From contig NZ_CP029188.1 of NCBI RefSeq assembly GCF_003097515.1, positions 5,530,531 through 5,562,530 of the forward strand: a stretch of 32,000 bases of DNA. The letters run 5' to 3'. The position numbers were made by a program, and so were the translations under genes. Numbering within the stretch: the stretch's first letter is position 1; each line of letters opens with the position of its first letter. The DNA comes from Streptomyces tirandamycinicus. Lineage in GTDB: Bacteria > Actinomycetota > Actinomycetes > Streptomycetales > Streptomycetaceae. This document shows, one piece after another, positions 18,801 through 32,000 of the stretch. A model generated the notes under the pieces. The model saw only the letters and a program-made list of their open reading frames with translations, had not been told where the DNA came from and did no database searches.

Positions 18801-20644
18801 CCGCCCTTGGCCTGACCGGCGCCACCGCCTACCCGGACCTCGACGCCCTGCGCGGCGCCCTGGACGAGGGCGCGACCGCACCCTCCGTCCTGGTCGTCCC
18901 GTTCACCGCCGAGACCGCCCGCGACCTCCCCGAGACCGCGGGTGACCTCCCCGAGGCGGCGCGCGCCGCACTGCGGGCCGCGCTGACCGACGTCCAGACC
19001 TGGCTCGCCGACGAGCGGCTGGCCGCCACCCGCATCCTCGCGGTGACCCGCCGGGCCGTCGCCGCCGCGCCCGGCGAGGACGTGACCGACCTGGTCCACG
19101 CCCCGGTATGGGGTCTGCTGCGGTCGGCGCAGTCCGAGCACCCCGGACGCGTCCTGCTGCTGGACGCCGACGCGGACGCCGACCCGGCCTGGTTCGGCGC
19201 GGCGCTGGCCCGGGTGGCCGGCACCGGCGAACCGCAGGGCGCGCTGCGCGGAGCGGACCTCCTGGTGCCCCGGCTGGCCCGGGTCCGCCGCTCCGAGGAA
19301 CCGCTGCCGCGCTGGGACCGGGGCGCCGTCCTCGTCACCGGCGCCACCGGCACCCTGGGCGCCGTCCTGGCCCGGCACCTGGTGACCGAGCACGGGGTGC
19401 GCGAGCTGGTGCTGGTCAGCCGGCGCGGCCCGCAGGCGCCGGGCGCCGCCGAACTCCGCGACGAGCTGCGCGAACTGGGCGCCGAGGTGGCGGTCGAGGC
19501 GTGCGACGTCGCCGACCGCGCGCAGGTGGCCGAGCTGATCGAACGCGTCGGCCCGAGGCTGACCGGCGTCATCCACACCGCGGGCGTCCTCGACGACGCC
19601 ACCCTGGAAGGGCTGACGGGGGAACGGGTGGACACCGTGCTGCGGCCCAAGGCGGACGCCGCCTGGCACCTGCACGACCTCACCCGCCACCTCGACCTCG
19701 ACGCCTTCGTGCTCTACTCCTCGATCGCGGGCCTCCTCGGCACCGCCGGACAGGCCAACTACGCCGCCGGCAACACCTTCCTGGACGCCCTCGCCGCACA
19801 CCGCCGCGCCCACGGCCTGCCCGCCCTGTCGCTGGCCTGGGGCCTGTGGGACCAGTCGAGCACCATCACCGGGCACCTCGCCGACACCGACCTGCGCCGC
19901 CTCGCCCGCTCCGGGCTGCTGCCGCTGGCCACCGACGACGCCATGGCCCTCCTGGACGCCGCGCCCGCGGCCGGGGAGAGCGTCCTCGGCGTCACCCGGC
20001 TGGACCTGCGCGCGCTGCGCGGCCGGGCCGCCGACGAGATCCCGGCCGTGCTGCGCGGCCTCGTCCGCACCCGGGCCACGAAGCCCGCGGCCACCGCCGG
20101 GCCCAACCCGGACAACGGTCCCAGGCTCGCCGAACGGCTCGCGCCGCTGTCCGCCGCCGAACGCGGCCGGCTCCTCAGCGATTTGGTGCGGGCCCGCGTG
20201 GCCGCCGTACTCGGCCACAGCGACCACTCGGCGATCGGCGCGGACCGCCCCGTGCAGGAACTCGGCTTCGACTCGCTGACCGCCGTGGAACTGCGCAACC
20301 AGCTGGCCGCCGAGACGGGGCTGCGGCTGCCCACCACGCTGGTCTTCGACCACCCGACGCCCAAGGCCGTGGCCGACTACCTGGCCACCCGGCTCGTGGT
20401 CGAGGAGACCACGCCCGACGAGCCGGTCCTGGCCGAACTGGGCAGGCTGCGGACCGTCATCGAGTCCGTCGCCGCGGACCGCGACGCCCACGACCGGATC
20501 ACCGCGCGGCTGCTGGAACTGCTCGCCGCCGCCGACACGGCGGCCCAGGCCACCGCCCCCGCCGACAACGGCGACGACGGCGACGACGACCTGGACTCGG
20601 CCACGGACGAGGAACTCTTCGCCCTGGTGGACGAGTTCGACTGA
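6866..20644 (+). CDS. Modular type I polyketide synthase 1: loading module KSQ-AT-ACP plus two extension modules KS-AT-DH-KR-ACP, with C-terminal docking tail
   Basis: One uninterrupted ~13.8-kb ORF. ATG 6866 has GGAAAGG about 13 nt upstream; TTG 6833 from the ORF track is possible. Motifs read from the translation are as follows. KS: TVDSAQSSS (Gln codon 7424-7426) and TVDTACSSS (Cys codons 10487, 15692). AT: GHSIGE plus HAFH (9128-9139, 12164-12175, 17336-17347). ACP: DSL serines (9794, 14996, 20273). DH: HPLL...DHAxxGxxLVP (His codons 12770, 17948). KR: GGTGGLG / GATGTLG with LDD. Acidic tail: [12 protein letters not shown]. Confidence 0.95.
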   Translation: MTNQQNVETTVTGRSEGEAIAVVGLSCRLPGADGPEAFWELLRTGSDAITPVPEDRWRSAIGEETPEDTVPGMRRGGFLDRVDNFDAAFFGVAPREAVTMDPQQRLVLELAWEALEHAGIVPAALRGSRTAVFVGTLRDDYAALLYQHGAAAVTQHTMAGVNRGVIANRVSYHLGLNGPSLTVDSAQSSSLLAVHLACESLRSGESDAAIVAGVNLNLLAEGAVTQERFGGLSPDGTTYTFDARANGFVRGEGGAAVVLKPLSRALADGDPVLGVIRGSAVNNDGATPGLTVPGQASQERVLREAYARAGVDPAAVQYVELHGTGTPVGDPIEAAALGAVLGAARPGDRPLRVGSVKTNVGHLEGAAGITGLVKTLLALSRRTLPPSLNFATENPAIPLADLGLRVQRELTGWPAPDQPLIAGVSSFGMGGTNAHVVLEGAPGTTGTTPGAQAPGTAEVPDTAGVSSAAEVPGGAVEDGALLPWIVTARGEDALRAQAGRLREAVADGTARPADVGFSLAATRTVFTHRAVVLADDRDGMLAGLDALAVGTPARDVVTGVARPGRTALLFTGQGAQRIAMGRELRAAFPAFAAAFDEVCAHFAPLLDRPLAEVVDSGEGLDDTGYTQPALFAVEVALHRLVAGWGVRADLVAGHSIGEIAAAHVAGVLSLKDAAQLVAARGRLMQALPEGGAMVAVQAAEDEVLPLLAGLEDEVAIAAVNGPRSVVISGVAEQVTRIADRLAAEGRRTRRLTVSHAFHSPLMVPMLDEFRRFAERLTFHEPRVSAVSTVTGQAVLPGEWTSPDYWVEQVRRPVRFLDAVRTLEAAGATTLLEIGPDAVCATMAADCLEDTAAAAPIAALRAGRPEPRTLLTALAGAFARGTDVDWTAVHAPAAGRRVPLPTYAFQRERYWIGGPARAAAALPAPTEQPAPAARPARRPAAGTDTTAVVLDRIAAVLEYGPERRVELHATFKDLGLDSLMSVELRDALSTATGLRLPSGLLFDHPTPAALITYLDARLADTGAADEDDLTAPAAGADEPIAIVGMACRYPGGVGSPEDLWRLLADGGDAISGFPTDRGWDPGLYDGDPTAGGHSTVRDGGFLHDAAHFDNEFFGISPREALAMDPQQRLLLETAWEAVERAGLDAAALKGTRTGVFVGATALEYGPRMHEAPDTVEGHVLTGTTPSVLSGRIAYQLGLVGPAVTVDTACSSSLVALHLAVRSLRSGETTLAIVGGATVMSSPGMFVEFSRQRGLAPDGRIKSFAAAADGTSWSEGVGLLVVERLSDARRNGHRVLAVLRGSAVNQDGASNGLTAPNGPSQERVIRQALADARLAPADVDVVEAHGTGTRLGDPIEAQALLATYGQEREEPLYLGSLKSNIGHAQAAAGVGGVIKMVQAMRHGLMPRTLHVDEPTPHVDWTAGAVELLTEEREWPRGERPRRAAVSSFGISGTNAHVIIEEPDLQPAAPTGPAAAEAPTAPAVAEATTGPWLLSAHSPEALRAQAARLREFTSEGDPRPADIGWSLAATRTALPERAVLTGTTPDALNTALAVLADGGTAPDVLTGSAAGAGRTAFLFTGQGAQRLGMGRELHASSPVFAAALDEVFAAVDPHLERPLREVMFAAEGSPEAELLHRTAYTQPALFAVETALFRLAEHHGTVPDLLAGHSIGEVTAAHLAGVLSLENAAELVAARGRLMQSARAGGAMVAIEAEEAELAPELAELTGRLALAAVNGPTSVVVSGDADAAVELAARWEGRGRRTRRLQVSHAFHSPHMDDVLDAFRAVVDRLTFHPPRIPVVSTVTGEIATTEQLTSPEYWADQIRRPVRFLDALRTLARHGVTVLVEAGPDPVLTSLARSALGDTATAVPLMRTGRDEPEAFTGGLALAWAHGAPLDATAFHPGGRRVDLPTYAFQRTHYWLAPDGPADARGLGLDPADHPLLHTAVDVAGQDDLLLTGRLSTDTHPWLADHAIGGTVLVPATAFLELALAAGGRLGADRVDELTLEAPLVLPEHTPVRVQVAVGAPDSTGARAFGVYARPDTGSGDAEAWTRHASGTLGGSPADAATAAVPAEWPPAHATAEPLDDAYDRLAGLGYGYGPVFQGLTALWRSGDELYAEVALPADQHAGADRYGLHPALFDALLHPLVLHAAGDATGADSIRLPFAWSGLTLHAGGATALRVRIAPTGADGYTLTATDPAGAPVVSLERLTLRPIARDQLAAVTRRTDTLYDIEWQPVAVPDAPDLTFAQAADGELPEADALVVRPELLVAEAAEDRAAAARRTASAFLGLVQRFLADPRQENTRLVVVTRGAVATAPGEDADSLATAPVWGLARTVQSEHPDRIVLVDSDSDSDGDTALLRAALTAGEPQLAIRQGRFLAPRLVRAATGGQLPGALADGAVLITGGTGGLGALFARHLVTEHGVRELVLVSRRGPQAPGAAELRDELRELGAEVAVEACDVADRAQLAELIGRIGERLTGVVHTAGVLDDATVEGLTDEQLERVLRPKADAAWHLHDLTRDLDLAAFVLFSSVSGLLGTAGQANYAAANAFLDTLAAHRRAHGLAALSLAWGLWDATYGMGGTLGEADLARWSRAGIRPLTPEQGLALFDAALAGEQAVRVPAAFDLAALRAADAHPAPLLRALVRTRPRRTAAAATAGGGSDWATRTAALPADERRETVLDLVRDTVAGVLQHPNPQRLEPQRAFKEIGFDSLAGVELRNRLNTATGLRLPATVVFDHPSPQAVAEYLLSRLADVTAAAVPARPVRRAAADEPIAIVGMACRYPGGIGSPEDLWRLVAEGVDAVSTFPENRGWDLEALYDPDPERTGTSYVRHGGFLHEADLFDREFFGISPREATAMDPQHRLLLETAWETFESAGLDPTGLRGSRTGVFTGAMYDDYVSRLAASPEEYEGFLLAGNLSSVVSGRLSYTYGFEGPAVTVDTACSSSLVALHLAANALRNGECDLALAGGVTVMAGPHVFIEFSRQRGLAPDGRSKSFAAGADGTGWSEGVGLLLVERLSDARRNGHRVLAVLRGSAVNQDGASNGLTAPNGPSQERVIQQALQSAGLAPADVDVVEAHGTGTRLGDPIEAQALLATYGQEREEPLYLGSLKSNIGHAQAAAGVGGVIKMVQAMRHGLMPRTLHVDEPTPMVDWTAGAVELLTEEREWPRGERPRRAAVSSFGISGTNAHVIIQEPDTPAPAGEPQAPETAPYLISAHLPDALRDQAARLHQHVTAHPEVPLADLGHSLATTRTLHDHRAVVIAADRAELLDQLAVLARGESGPNALPVPSGRPGRTAVLLTGQGSQRLGMGRELYASSPVFAAAFDEICGHLDRTLVRPLKTVLFAPEDSADSALLDQTAFTQAALFAVETALYRLAEHHGITPDYLLGHSIGEVTAAHLAGVLDLADAAVLVAERGRLMQAAREGGAMAAVEVTEAEVRDLLTPYAGRVSVAAVNGPRSTVISGDADAVDALAEELRARGGRTKRLLVSHAFHSPHMEEVLDEFRAVAAGLTFHAPRIPVVSNVTGEFATPEQLASPDYWARHIREAVRFYDGVRLLEKHGVTEWLELGPDGVLTALVQRSLTAESGTVTAALRRGRPEHRTFTTALGLLAARGVRPRWETLFPGARRTALPGYAFQRRRYWLDAPATVGDAAGFGLAAAGHPLLGAGVSLADRDEHLYTGRLSRHTHAWLTDHAVAGNVLVPGTGLLEIALAAGERTGVPAVGDLTLAAPLTLPERGAVRLQVTVGAAEADGTRPVRIHSRPEDGPADDDWTLHAHGTLHAEDTPAPAATLAAWPPPGATEADLTGAYDRLADQGYAYGPAFRNLRRVWTAGDDLYAEVALDADQRQHAARFAVHPALLDAALHTLLPGVTRESGHPLLPFSWSGVTVHATGASALRVRLAVSGTESPVAALTVADETGAPLVTVDDLTLRPLSAEALSAAAAQPDGLLRVEWTPLTGAAPHPVPAGWAVLGEPGPAALGLTGATAYPDLDALRGALDEGATAPSVLVVPFTAETARDLPETAGDLPEAARAALRAALTDVQTWLADERLAATRILAVTRRAVAAAPGEDVTDLVHAPVWGLLRSAQSEHPGRVLLLDADADADPAWFGAALARVAGTGEPQGALRGADLLVPRLARVRRSEEPLPRWDRGAVLVTGATGTLGAVLARHLVTEHGVRELVLVSRRGPQAPGAAELRDELRELGAEVAVEACDVADRAQVAELIERVGPRLTGVIHTAGVLDDATLEGLTGERVDTVLRPKADAAWHLHDLTRHLDLDAFVLYSSIAGLLGTAGQANYAAGNTFLDALAAHRRAHGLPALSLAWGLWDQSSTITGHLADTDLRRLARSGLLPLATDDAMALLDAAPAAGESVLGVTRLDLRALRGRAADEIPAVLRGLVRTRATKPAATAGPNPDNGPRLAERLAPLSAAERGRLLSDLVRARVAAVLGHSDHSAIGADRPVQELGFDSLTAVELRNQLAAETGLRLPTTLVFDHPTPKAVADYLATRLVVEETTPDEPVLAELGRLRTVIESVAADRDAHDRITARLLELLAAADTAAQATAPADNGDDGDDDLDSATDEELFALVDEFD
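6917..9925 (+). other. Loading module: KSQ (about 6917-8190) - AT malonyl-type (about 8560-9595) - ACP (about 9700-9925)
   Basis: The active-site Cys is replaced by Gln (DSAQSSS). AT has [20 protein letters not shown] and VSHAFHS. ACP has [11 protein letters not shown]. Domain borders are approximate and set by eye. Confidence 0.85.
9974..15124 (+). other. Extension module 1: KS (9974-11245) - AT malonyl-type (11575-12615) - DH (12660-13510) - KR B-type (14050-14590) - ACP (14895-15124)
   Basis: [15 protein letters not shown]; DTACSSS; HGTGT; [11 protein letters not shown] and HAFH; [21 protein letters not shown]; LGYGYGPVF; LPFAW; [26 protein letters not shown]; [11 protein letters not shown]. 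Borders are approximate. Confidence 0.9.
15173..20400 (+). other. Extension module 2: KS (15173-16450) - AT malonyl-type (16750-17795) - DH (17840-18680) - KR B-type (19320-19860) - ACP (20170-20400)
   Basis: The same motif set as module 1 (DTACSSS; [15 protein letters not shown]; [21 protein letters not shown]; QGYAYGPAF; LPFSW; GATGTLG..VLDD; [11 protein letters not shown]). Borders are approximate. Confidence 0.9.
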
Positions 20645-20657
20645 GCCGGTCACGTCC

Positions 20658-20699
20658 AGCCCCTCGGGTGCGGGGCACACGTCGCGCACCCGAGGGGCT
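20658..20699 (+). other. Perfect 15-bp stem-loop in the 103-nt gap between PKS gene 1 and PKS gene 2 (attenuator/terminator or mRNA-stability element)
   Basis: agcccctcgggtgcg (20658-20672) / cgcacccgaggggct (20685-20699) with a 12-nt loop. It starts 14 nt after the stop of PKS 1. Confidence 0.45.
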
Positions 20700-20747
20700 C
20701 GGAAATCCCAGGCACACCACCCCACGACACCCGGGAGTTGACAGATC

Positions 20748-23700
20748 ATGGCGGGCGAGGACAAGCTCCGCGACTATCTCAAGAAGGCCGTCGCCGATGC
20801 CCGTGAGGCGCGCCGACAGCTGCGGGAGATCGAGGAACGGCGCCACGAGCCGATCGCGATCGTCGGCATGGCCTGCCGCTACCCGAACGGGGTCGGCTCG
20901 CCGGAGGACCTCTGGCGCCTGGTCGTCGACGGCACGGACGCGGTCACCGCGTTCCCGGAGAACCGCGGCTGGGACCTGGACTCCCTGTACGACCCGGACC
21001 CGGAGCGCACCGGCACCTCCTACGGCCGCGAGGGCGGCTTCCTGCACGACGCCGACCGCTTCGACCCCGAGTTCTTCGGCATGTCGCCGCGCGAGGCCGT
21101 CGCCATCGACCCCCAGCAGCGCCTGCTGCTGGAGGCCGCCTGGGAGGGCTTCGAGGACGCCGGCCTCGACCCCACCGGCCTGCGCGGCTCGCGCACCGGC
21201 GTGTTCACCGGCCTGATGTACAGCGACTACGGCTCCCGGCCGCACCTGCCCCCGGAGGACTTCGAGGGCTACCTGTTCAGCGGCAGCGCGGGCAGCATCG
21301 CCGCCGGCCGGCTGTCGTACACCTACGGCTTCGAGGGCCCGGCCGTCTCCGTCGACACCGCCTGCTCCTCCTCCCTGGTCGCCCTGCACCTGGCGGCGAA
21401 CGCCCTGCGCAACGGCGAGTGCGACCTCGCGCTGGCCGGCGGTGTCACCGTGATGTCCACGCCGGTCGCCTTCGTGGAGTTCTCCCGTCTGCGGGGCCTG
21501 GCCCCCGACGGTCGCTGCAAGTCCTTCGGCGCGGGCGCGGACGGCGTCGGCTGGTCGGAGGGTGTGGGCCTGCTCGTCGTGGAGCGGCTGTCGGACGCTC
21601 GCCGCAACGGGCACCGGGTGCTCGCGGTGCTGCGCGGCAGCGCGGTGAACCAGGACGGTGCGAGCAACGGACTGACCGCGCCGAACGGTCCCTCGCAGGA
21701 GCGGGTGATCCGGCAGGCGCTGGCCGACGCGCGGCTGGCCCCGGCGGATGTGGATGTCGTCGAGGCGCACGGCACCGGCACCCGGTTGGGCGACCCGATC
21801 GAGGCGCAGGCGCTGCTGGCCACGTACGGCCAGGAGCGTGAAGAGCCGTTGTACCTGGGCTCGTTGAAGTCCAACATCGGGCACGCGCAGGCCGCCGCCG
21901 GTGTCGGCGGGGTGATCAAGATGGTGCAGGCGATGCGGCATGGGCTGATGCCGCGCACCCTGCACGTGGAGGAGCCCACGCCGATGGTCGACTGGGAGGC
22001 GGGCGCCGTCGAGTTGCTGACCGAGGAGCGGGAGTGGCCGCGCGGCGAACGGCCGCGCCGGGCCGCCGTCTCCTCCTTCGGCTTCGGCGGTACCAACGCC
22101 CACGTCATCATCGAGGAGGCGCCCGCCCAGGCGGTCGCGCACACCGACGGCACCGGGGCCGCCCCGGCGCCCGTACGGCTCCCCGTGCTGCCGTGGCTGC
22201 TGTCCGGCCGTACGCCCCAGGCCGTCGCGGCGCAGGCGGAGCGGCTGCTCGACCACGTCGAGCGGCACCCCGACCTGGACCCGCAGGACGTCGCCTACAC
22301 CCTCGCCACCGCCCGCGCCGCCCTCGACCACCGCGCGGTGGCCGTCGGCGCCGACCGCGACGCGCTCCTCGCCGATCTGCGCGCCCTCGACACCCTCACC
22401 GCGTCCTCCGCGTCGGGCACTGGCGCGTTGGGTTTTGTGTTCTCGGGTCAGGGTGCGCAGCGGGTGGGGATGGGGCGTGAGTTGGCTGCGTCGTATCCGG
22501 TGTTCGCGTCGGTGTTGGGTGAGGTGTGCGGGGTGCTGGATCCGTTGTTGGGTGGGTCGTTGCGGGAGGTGATGTTCGAGGAGGACGGTTCGGGGCGTTT
22601 GGATCGGACGGGGTGGGCGCAGCCGGCGTTGTTCGCGTTCGAGGTGGCGTTGTTCCGTCTGGTGGAGTCGTGGGGTGTGGTTCCGTCGGTGGTGGCGGGT
22701 CATTCGGTGGGGGAGTTGGCGGCGGCGCATGCGGTGGGTGTGTTGTCGTTGGCGGATGCCTGCCGGGTGGTGGCTGCTCGGGCGGGGTTGATGGAGGCGC
22801 TGCCGGGGGGTGGTGTGATGGTGGCGGTGGAGGCGTCGGAGGCGGAGGTGGCTCCGCTGCTCGTGGGCCGGGAGGCCGAGTTGGGTGTCGCGGCCGTCAA
22901 CGGGCCTACGGCTGTGGTGATCTCCGGCGACGAGGCGGCGGTGGAGGAGGTGGCGGCCCGGTTCGCCGGGGCCGGTCGCCGGGTGCGGCGGCTGTCGGTG
23001 TCGCATGCGTTCCACTCGCCGCGTATGGAGGGGATGCTGGAGGAGTTCCGCACGGTTCTGAAGGGCGTCGAGTTCCAGGCCCCGCGGATCCCGGTCGTCT
23101 CCACGCTGACCGGTCGTCTCGCCGCCGGTGAGGATCTGCGTTCCGCCGACTACTGGGTACGGCAGGTGCGCGAGGCCGTGCGGTACGCCGACGCGGTCAC
23201 CGCGATGGAGCGGCAGGGCGTCCGCACCTACGCGGAGATCGGCCCCGGCGGAGCGCTCGCCGCCCTCGCCGCGCAGTCCGTCCACGACGCCGACGCCACC
23301 GTCGTCACCGCCCTCGTCCGGGCCGGCGTGCCCGAGCCGCAGTCCCTGGTCCGGGCCCTCGGCCTGCTGCACGGACGGGGCGCGCGCGTGGACTGGGAGG
23401 CGTTCTACGCCGGTTCCGGCGCCCGCCGGGTCCCCCTGCCGACGTACGCCTTCCAGCACCAGCGCTACTGGCTGGACCAGCTCGTGCCGGCCGACGGCGG
23501 CACGGCCCGCGTGCCCGCGCAGCGGACCGCCCAGCCGGAGGCGGCGGAGCCCGAGGGCGTACCGCTGCCCGAGCGGCTCGCCGAACTGGCCGTCGCCCAG
23601 CGCGAGCAGTACGTGCTGCAGATCGTCACCAACCTCGTCGCGAGCGTCCTCAAGCACGGCGACCCGTCCGGGATCTCCCCCGACCGGCCCTTCCGGGACC

Positions 23701-24098
23701 TCGGGTTCGACTCCCTCACCGGCGTCGAGCTGCGCAACCGGCTGGCCAGGGAGACCGGCCTGACCCTGCCCGCCACCGTGGTCTTCGACCACCCCAACCC
23801 GGGCGCCCTCGCCGCCTTCGTACTCGACGCGGCCGGCCCGGCACCCGACGAGCCCTCCCGCGCCGTCCGGGACGGACTGGACCGGTTGGAGGCGTCGCTC
23901 GACGCGCTGCCCGCCGACGGCGACACCCGCGCCGAGGTCGAGGCCCGGCTGCGCGGCCTTCTGGAACGGCTGTCCGGCAGCACGCCCGCCGCCGACCCGG
24001 CGTCCGGCGACCCGGCCGTGCAGGAGCTGATCGCGTCCGCGTCCGCCTACGAGATCTTCGACTTCATCGACACCCAGCTCGGCCGGGCGGCGGACTGA
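20748..24098 (+). CDS. Modular type I polyketide synthase 2: single non-reducing extension module 3, KS-AT-ACP, with N- and C-terminal docking regions
   Basis: 1116-aa ORF. ATG 20748 has GGGAG about 12 nt upstream. The N-terminal coiled-coil docking region is [27 protein letters not shown] is about 20844-22120 (Cys codon 21363). AT is about 22425-23475 (GHSVGE Ser codon 22704; HAFH 23004-23015). ACP is about 23610-23830 ([11 protein letters not shown], Ser codon 23712). There is no DH/KR/ER between AT and ACP. Confidence 0.95.
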   Translation: MAGEDKLRDYLKKAVADAREARRQLREIEERRHEPIAIVGMACRYPNGVGSPEDLWRLVVDGTDAVTAFPENRGWDLDSLYDPDPERTGTSYGREGGFLHDADRFDPEFFGMSPREAVAIDPQQRLLLEAAWEGFEDAGLDPTGLRGSRTGVFTGLMYSDYGSRPHLPPEDFEGYLFSGSAGSIAAGRLSYTYGFEGPAVSVDTACSSSLVALHLAANALRNGECDLALAGGVTVMSTPVAFVEFSRLRGLAPDGRCKSFGAGADGVGWSEGVGLLVVERLSDARRNGHRVLAVLRGSAVNQDGASNGLTAPNGPSQERVIRQALADARLAPADVDVVEAHGTGTRLGDPIEAQALLATYGQEREEPLYLGSLKSNIGHAQAAAGVGGVIKMVQAMRHGLMPRTLHVEEPTPMVDWEAGAVELLTEEREWPRGERPRRAAVSSFGFGGTNAHVIIEEAPAQAVAHTDGTGAAPAPVRLPVLPWLLSGRTPQAVAAQAERLLDHVERHPDLDPQDVAYTLATARAALDHRAVAVGADRDALLADLRALDTLTASSASGTGALGFVFSGQGAQRVGMGRELAASYPVFASVLGEVCGVLDPLLGGSLREVMFEEDGSGRLDRTGWAQPALFAFEVALFRLVESWGVVPSVVAGHSVGELAAAHAVGVLSLADACRVVAARAGLMEALPGGGVMVAVEASEAEVAPLLVGREAELGVAAVNGPTAVVISGDEAAVEEVAARFAGAGRRVRRLSVSHAFHSPRMEGMLEEFRTVLKGVEFQAPRIPVVSTLTGRLAAGEDLRSADYWVRQVREAVRYADAVTAMERQGVRTYAEIGPGGALAALAAQSVHDADATVVTALVRAGVPEPQSLVRALGLLHGRGARVDWEAFYAGSGARRVPLPTYAFQHQRYWLDQLVPADGGTARVPAQRTAQPEAAEPEGVPLPERLAELAVAQREQYVLQIVTNLVASVLKHGDPSGISPDRPFRDLGFDSLTGVELRNRLARETGLTLPATVVFDHPNPGALAAFVLDAAGPAPDEPSRAVRDGLDRLEASLDALPADGDTRAEVEARLRGLLERLSGSTPAADPASGDPAVQELIASASAYEIFDFIDTQLGRAAD
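22399..23247 (+). repeat. Copy A of a ~849-nt near-identical direct repeat (AT domain of module 3)
   Basis: Colinear with 25915-26763 at a constant offset of 3516 nt. By eye I find only 3 mismatches (23087, 23135, 23212). The off-frame ORFs 22526-23131 and 26042-26647 in the track translate almost identically. Confidence 0.95.
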
Positions 24099-24106
24099 CG
24101 CGGCAC

Positions 24107-24131
24107 GGGGCCGCCCGGCATGGGCGGCCCC
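24107..24131 (+). other. Perfect 10-bp stem-loop between PKS gene 2 and PKS gene 3
   Basis: ggggccgccc (24107-24116) / gggcggcccc (24122-24131) with loop ggcat. It begins 9 nt after the stop at 24098. Confidence 0.4.
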
Positions 24132-24185
24132 GCCCCACCGTCGCACCTGCCCTGTCCCGGCGTTCAAGGAGAGGCTTTCCTTCGC

Positions 24186-30749
<6,564 letters not shown>

Positions 30750-30772
30750 TCGGCCGCCCCGAGTGGGGCGAC

Positions 30773-30800
30773 GGCCGCCGCCCCAGTCGGGGCGGCGGCC
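30773..30800. terminator. Perfect 12-bp GC hairpin between the convergent PKS 3 and flavoenzyme genes (candidate bidirectional terminator)
   Basis: ggccgccgcccc (30773-30784) / ggggcggcggcc (30789-30800) with loop agtc. A smaller hairpin cgcccc/ggggcg at 30755-30770 sits just upstream. Confidence 0.55.
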
Positions 30801-30827
30801 GCCGCCCCGCGCCGTGCGACGAATGCC

Positions 30828-32000
30828 TCAGAGGATGTACGAGCCCGGGGCGAGCCCCATCAGGACGCGGCCCTGCATCTCCAGATTCGGCAGCGGATGC
30901 GCCAGGGCGTGCTGGGTGAAGCCCAGGATGTCCCGGTGGTAGCGCTGGATGGGCACGCTGCGCTTGAGCACCGAGGCGCCGCTGAGCGAATACAGCAGCT
31001 GGACGGCCTCCTTGGCCAGGTCCCCGGCGAACGCGGTCCGCCCGCGGACCTGAGCCTTCTCCGCGTCGGTGGGCCGCTCACCGGCGTCGGCGCGCTCCTG
31101 GAGCAGCGCGATCACCCGGTCGGTCAGCGCGGCGCCGGCCTCGATCCGGTTGGCCGCGGCCGCCACCTGCTGCTGGACCAGCGGGTGCCGGCGCTGGTCG
31201 TCCCAGTCGGTGTAGGTGATCCCGCGCCCGGGCAGCCGCTCGAAGAACAGTTCCAGGGCGCCGCGGGCGAGACCGAGGGCCATGCTCGCGTACAGCGACA
31301 TGATGAACGCGACTGCGCCGTACCCCCGCCCCGGCACCTGCGCGTTCCACCGCTCACCGGTCTCCCCGGTCAGCGACGCGTCGTACCCGATGAGCCGGTG
31401 GGCGGGCACGAAGACGTCCTCGGCGACCGTGGTAGCGCTCCCAGTGCCGCTTCCCGCCGAGACGTCCCAGTCGTCGACGATGGACAGTTCCGTCAGCGGT
31501 ACGAGGGCGAAGAACTCCTCCTCGGTCCCGTCCGGCCGCTCCAGCACCGCGCCCAGCACGTCCCAGTCGGCGGCGTGGCAGCCGGAGTTGTAGCCCCAGC
31601 GCCCGCTGAGCCGGTAGCCTCCCTCGACCGGGGTCAGCCGGCCGGTCGTCGCGAAGCCCAGCGACACCCGCACCGAGCCCCCGTCGAAGACCTCCTTCTG
31701 CGCCTTGTCCGGGTACAGGCCGGCGATCAGCGCCCCGGTGAGCCAGACCGTCATGTTCCAGCCGGTGGCCGGACAGGCCCCGGCGATCCGGCCCACGACC
31801 TCCGCCTGCCGCTCGAGGGAAAGATCCAGACCACCGAACCGTTCGGGCACGGCCATACGGAACACTCCGGCCCGGTCCAGGCGCCGCAGCGTCTCCCGCG
31901 GCACCCGCCCCTGCCTCTCCGCCTCGATGCCGTGTTCCCGGATCACCGGCACGGCTTCGCGGACGGCAGCCAACACCTCGGCCGAATCCTGAATTGACAC
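30828..32000 (-). CDS. Acyl-CoA dehydrogenase-fold flavoprotein, paralogue of 2047-3222 (N-terminus at or just beyond the window edge)
   Basis: 390-aa reading frame ending in TGA at 30828-30830. It begins with GTG exactly at 32000, and alignment with the paralogue's N-terminus (..VLAAVREAVPVIRE.. versus ..VLDGVRAAVPVLRR..) suggests the true start is at or within a few codons of the edge. It is similar to the 2047-3222 product along its whole length. Confidence 0.8.
   Translation of the reverse strand: MSIQDSAEVLAAVREAVPVIREHGIEAERQGRVPRETLRRLDRAGVFRMAVPERFGGLDLSLERQAEVVGRIAGACPATGWNMTVWLTGALIAGLYPDKAQKEVFDGGSVRVSLGFATTGRLTPVEGGYRLSGRWGYNSGCHAADWDVLGAVLERPDGTEEEFFALVPLTELSIVDDWDVSAGSGTGSATTVAEDVFVPAHRLIGYDASLTGETGERWNAQVPGRGYGAVAFIMSLYASMALGLARGALELFFERLPGRGITYTDWDDQRRHPLVQQQVAAAANRIEAGAALTDRVIALLQERADAGERPTDAEKAQVRGRTAFAGDLAKEAVQLLYSLSGASVLKRSVPIQRYHRDILGFTQHALAHPLPNLEMQGRVLMGLAPGSYIL

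Noticed and set aside
6746-20764. Large minus-strand and off-frame ORFs overlapping PKS 1 (for example 6746-9874, 10073-11638, 12302-14545, 15563-17410, 17474-20764, 8659-10155 +, 16363-18945 +)
   Set aside because: All are shadow ORFs of the 6866-20644 gene. They have no domain motifs and extreme Arg/Gly/Ala/Pro composition. They cannot coexist with a continuous PKS reading frame that has every catalytic motif intact.

Overview
Very GC-rich, Streptomyces-like actinomycete DNA; every family call below comes from reading motifs in the translations, not from a search. Three co-directional modular type I PKS genes on the + strand dominate the window (6866-20644, 20748-24098, 24186-30749). Together they encode KSQ-AT-ACP / KS-AT-DH-KR-ACP / KS-AT-DH-KR-ACP // KS-AT-ACP // KS-AT-DH*-KR-ACP-R. 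All five ATs carry malonyl-type motifs. The last DH lacks its catalytic His, and the line ends in a thioester-reductase (R) domain. Flanking tailoring genes are a flavin reductase, an imine reductase, two paralogous acyl-CoA-dehydrogenase-fold flavoenzymes (one on each side of the PKS), a DinB/MDMPI-like protein, two paralogous NTF2/SnoaL-like proteins and a Tat-signal flavin amine oxidase. My reading is a reductive-release pentaketide (C10) pathway leading to a piperideine/piperidine/pyridine-type polyketide alkaloid. No aminotransferase, regulator or transporter gene is in the window, so the cluster probably extends past the edges. Other observations are an ~850-nt, ~99.6% identical AT-domain direct repeat shared by the second and third PKS genes, with atypical G/T-ending codons. 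There are mosaic gene-conversion tracts among KS and KR domains, strong GC hairpins at every gene junction including inside the PKS operon, and a recurring AT-rich ATTACC/GGTAAT motif in the promoter regions, once as three heptamers at exact 11-bp spacing. No rRNA, tRNA, CRISPR array or transposase was recognised. Many long ORFs in the track are antisense or off-frame shadows of the real genes.
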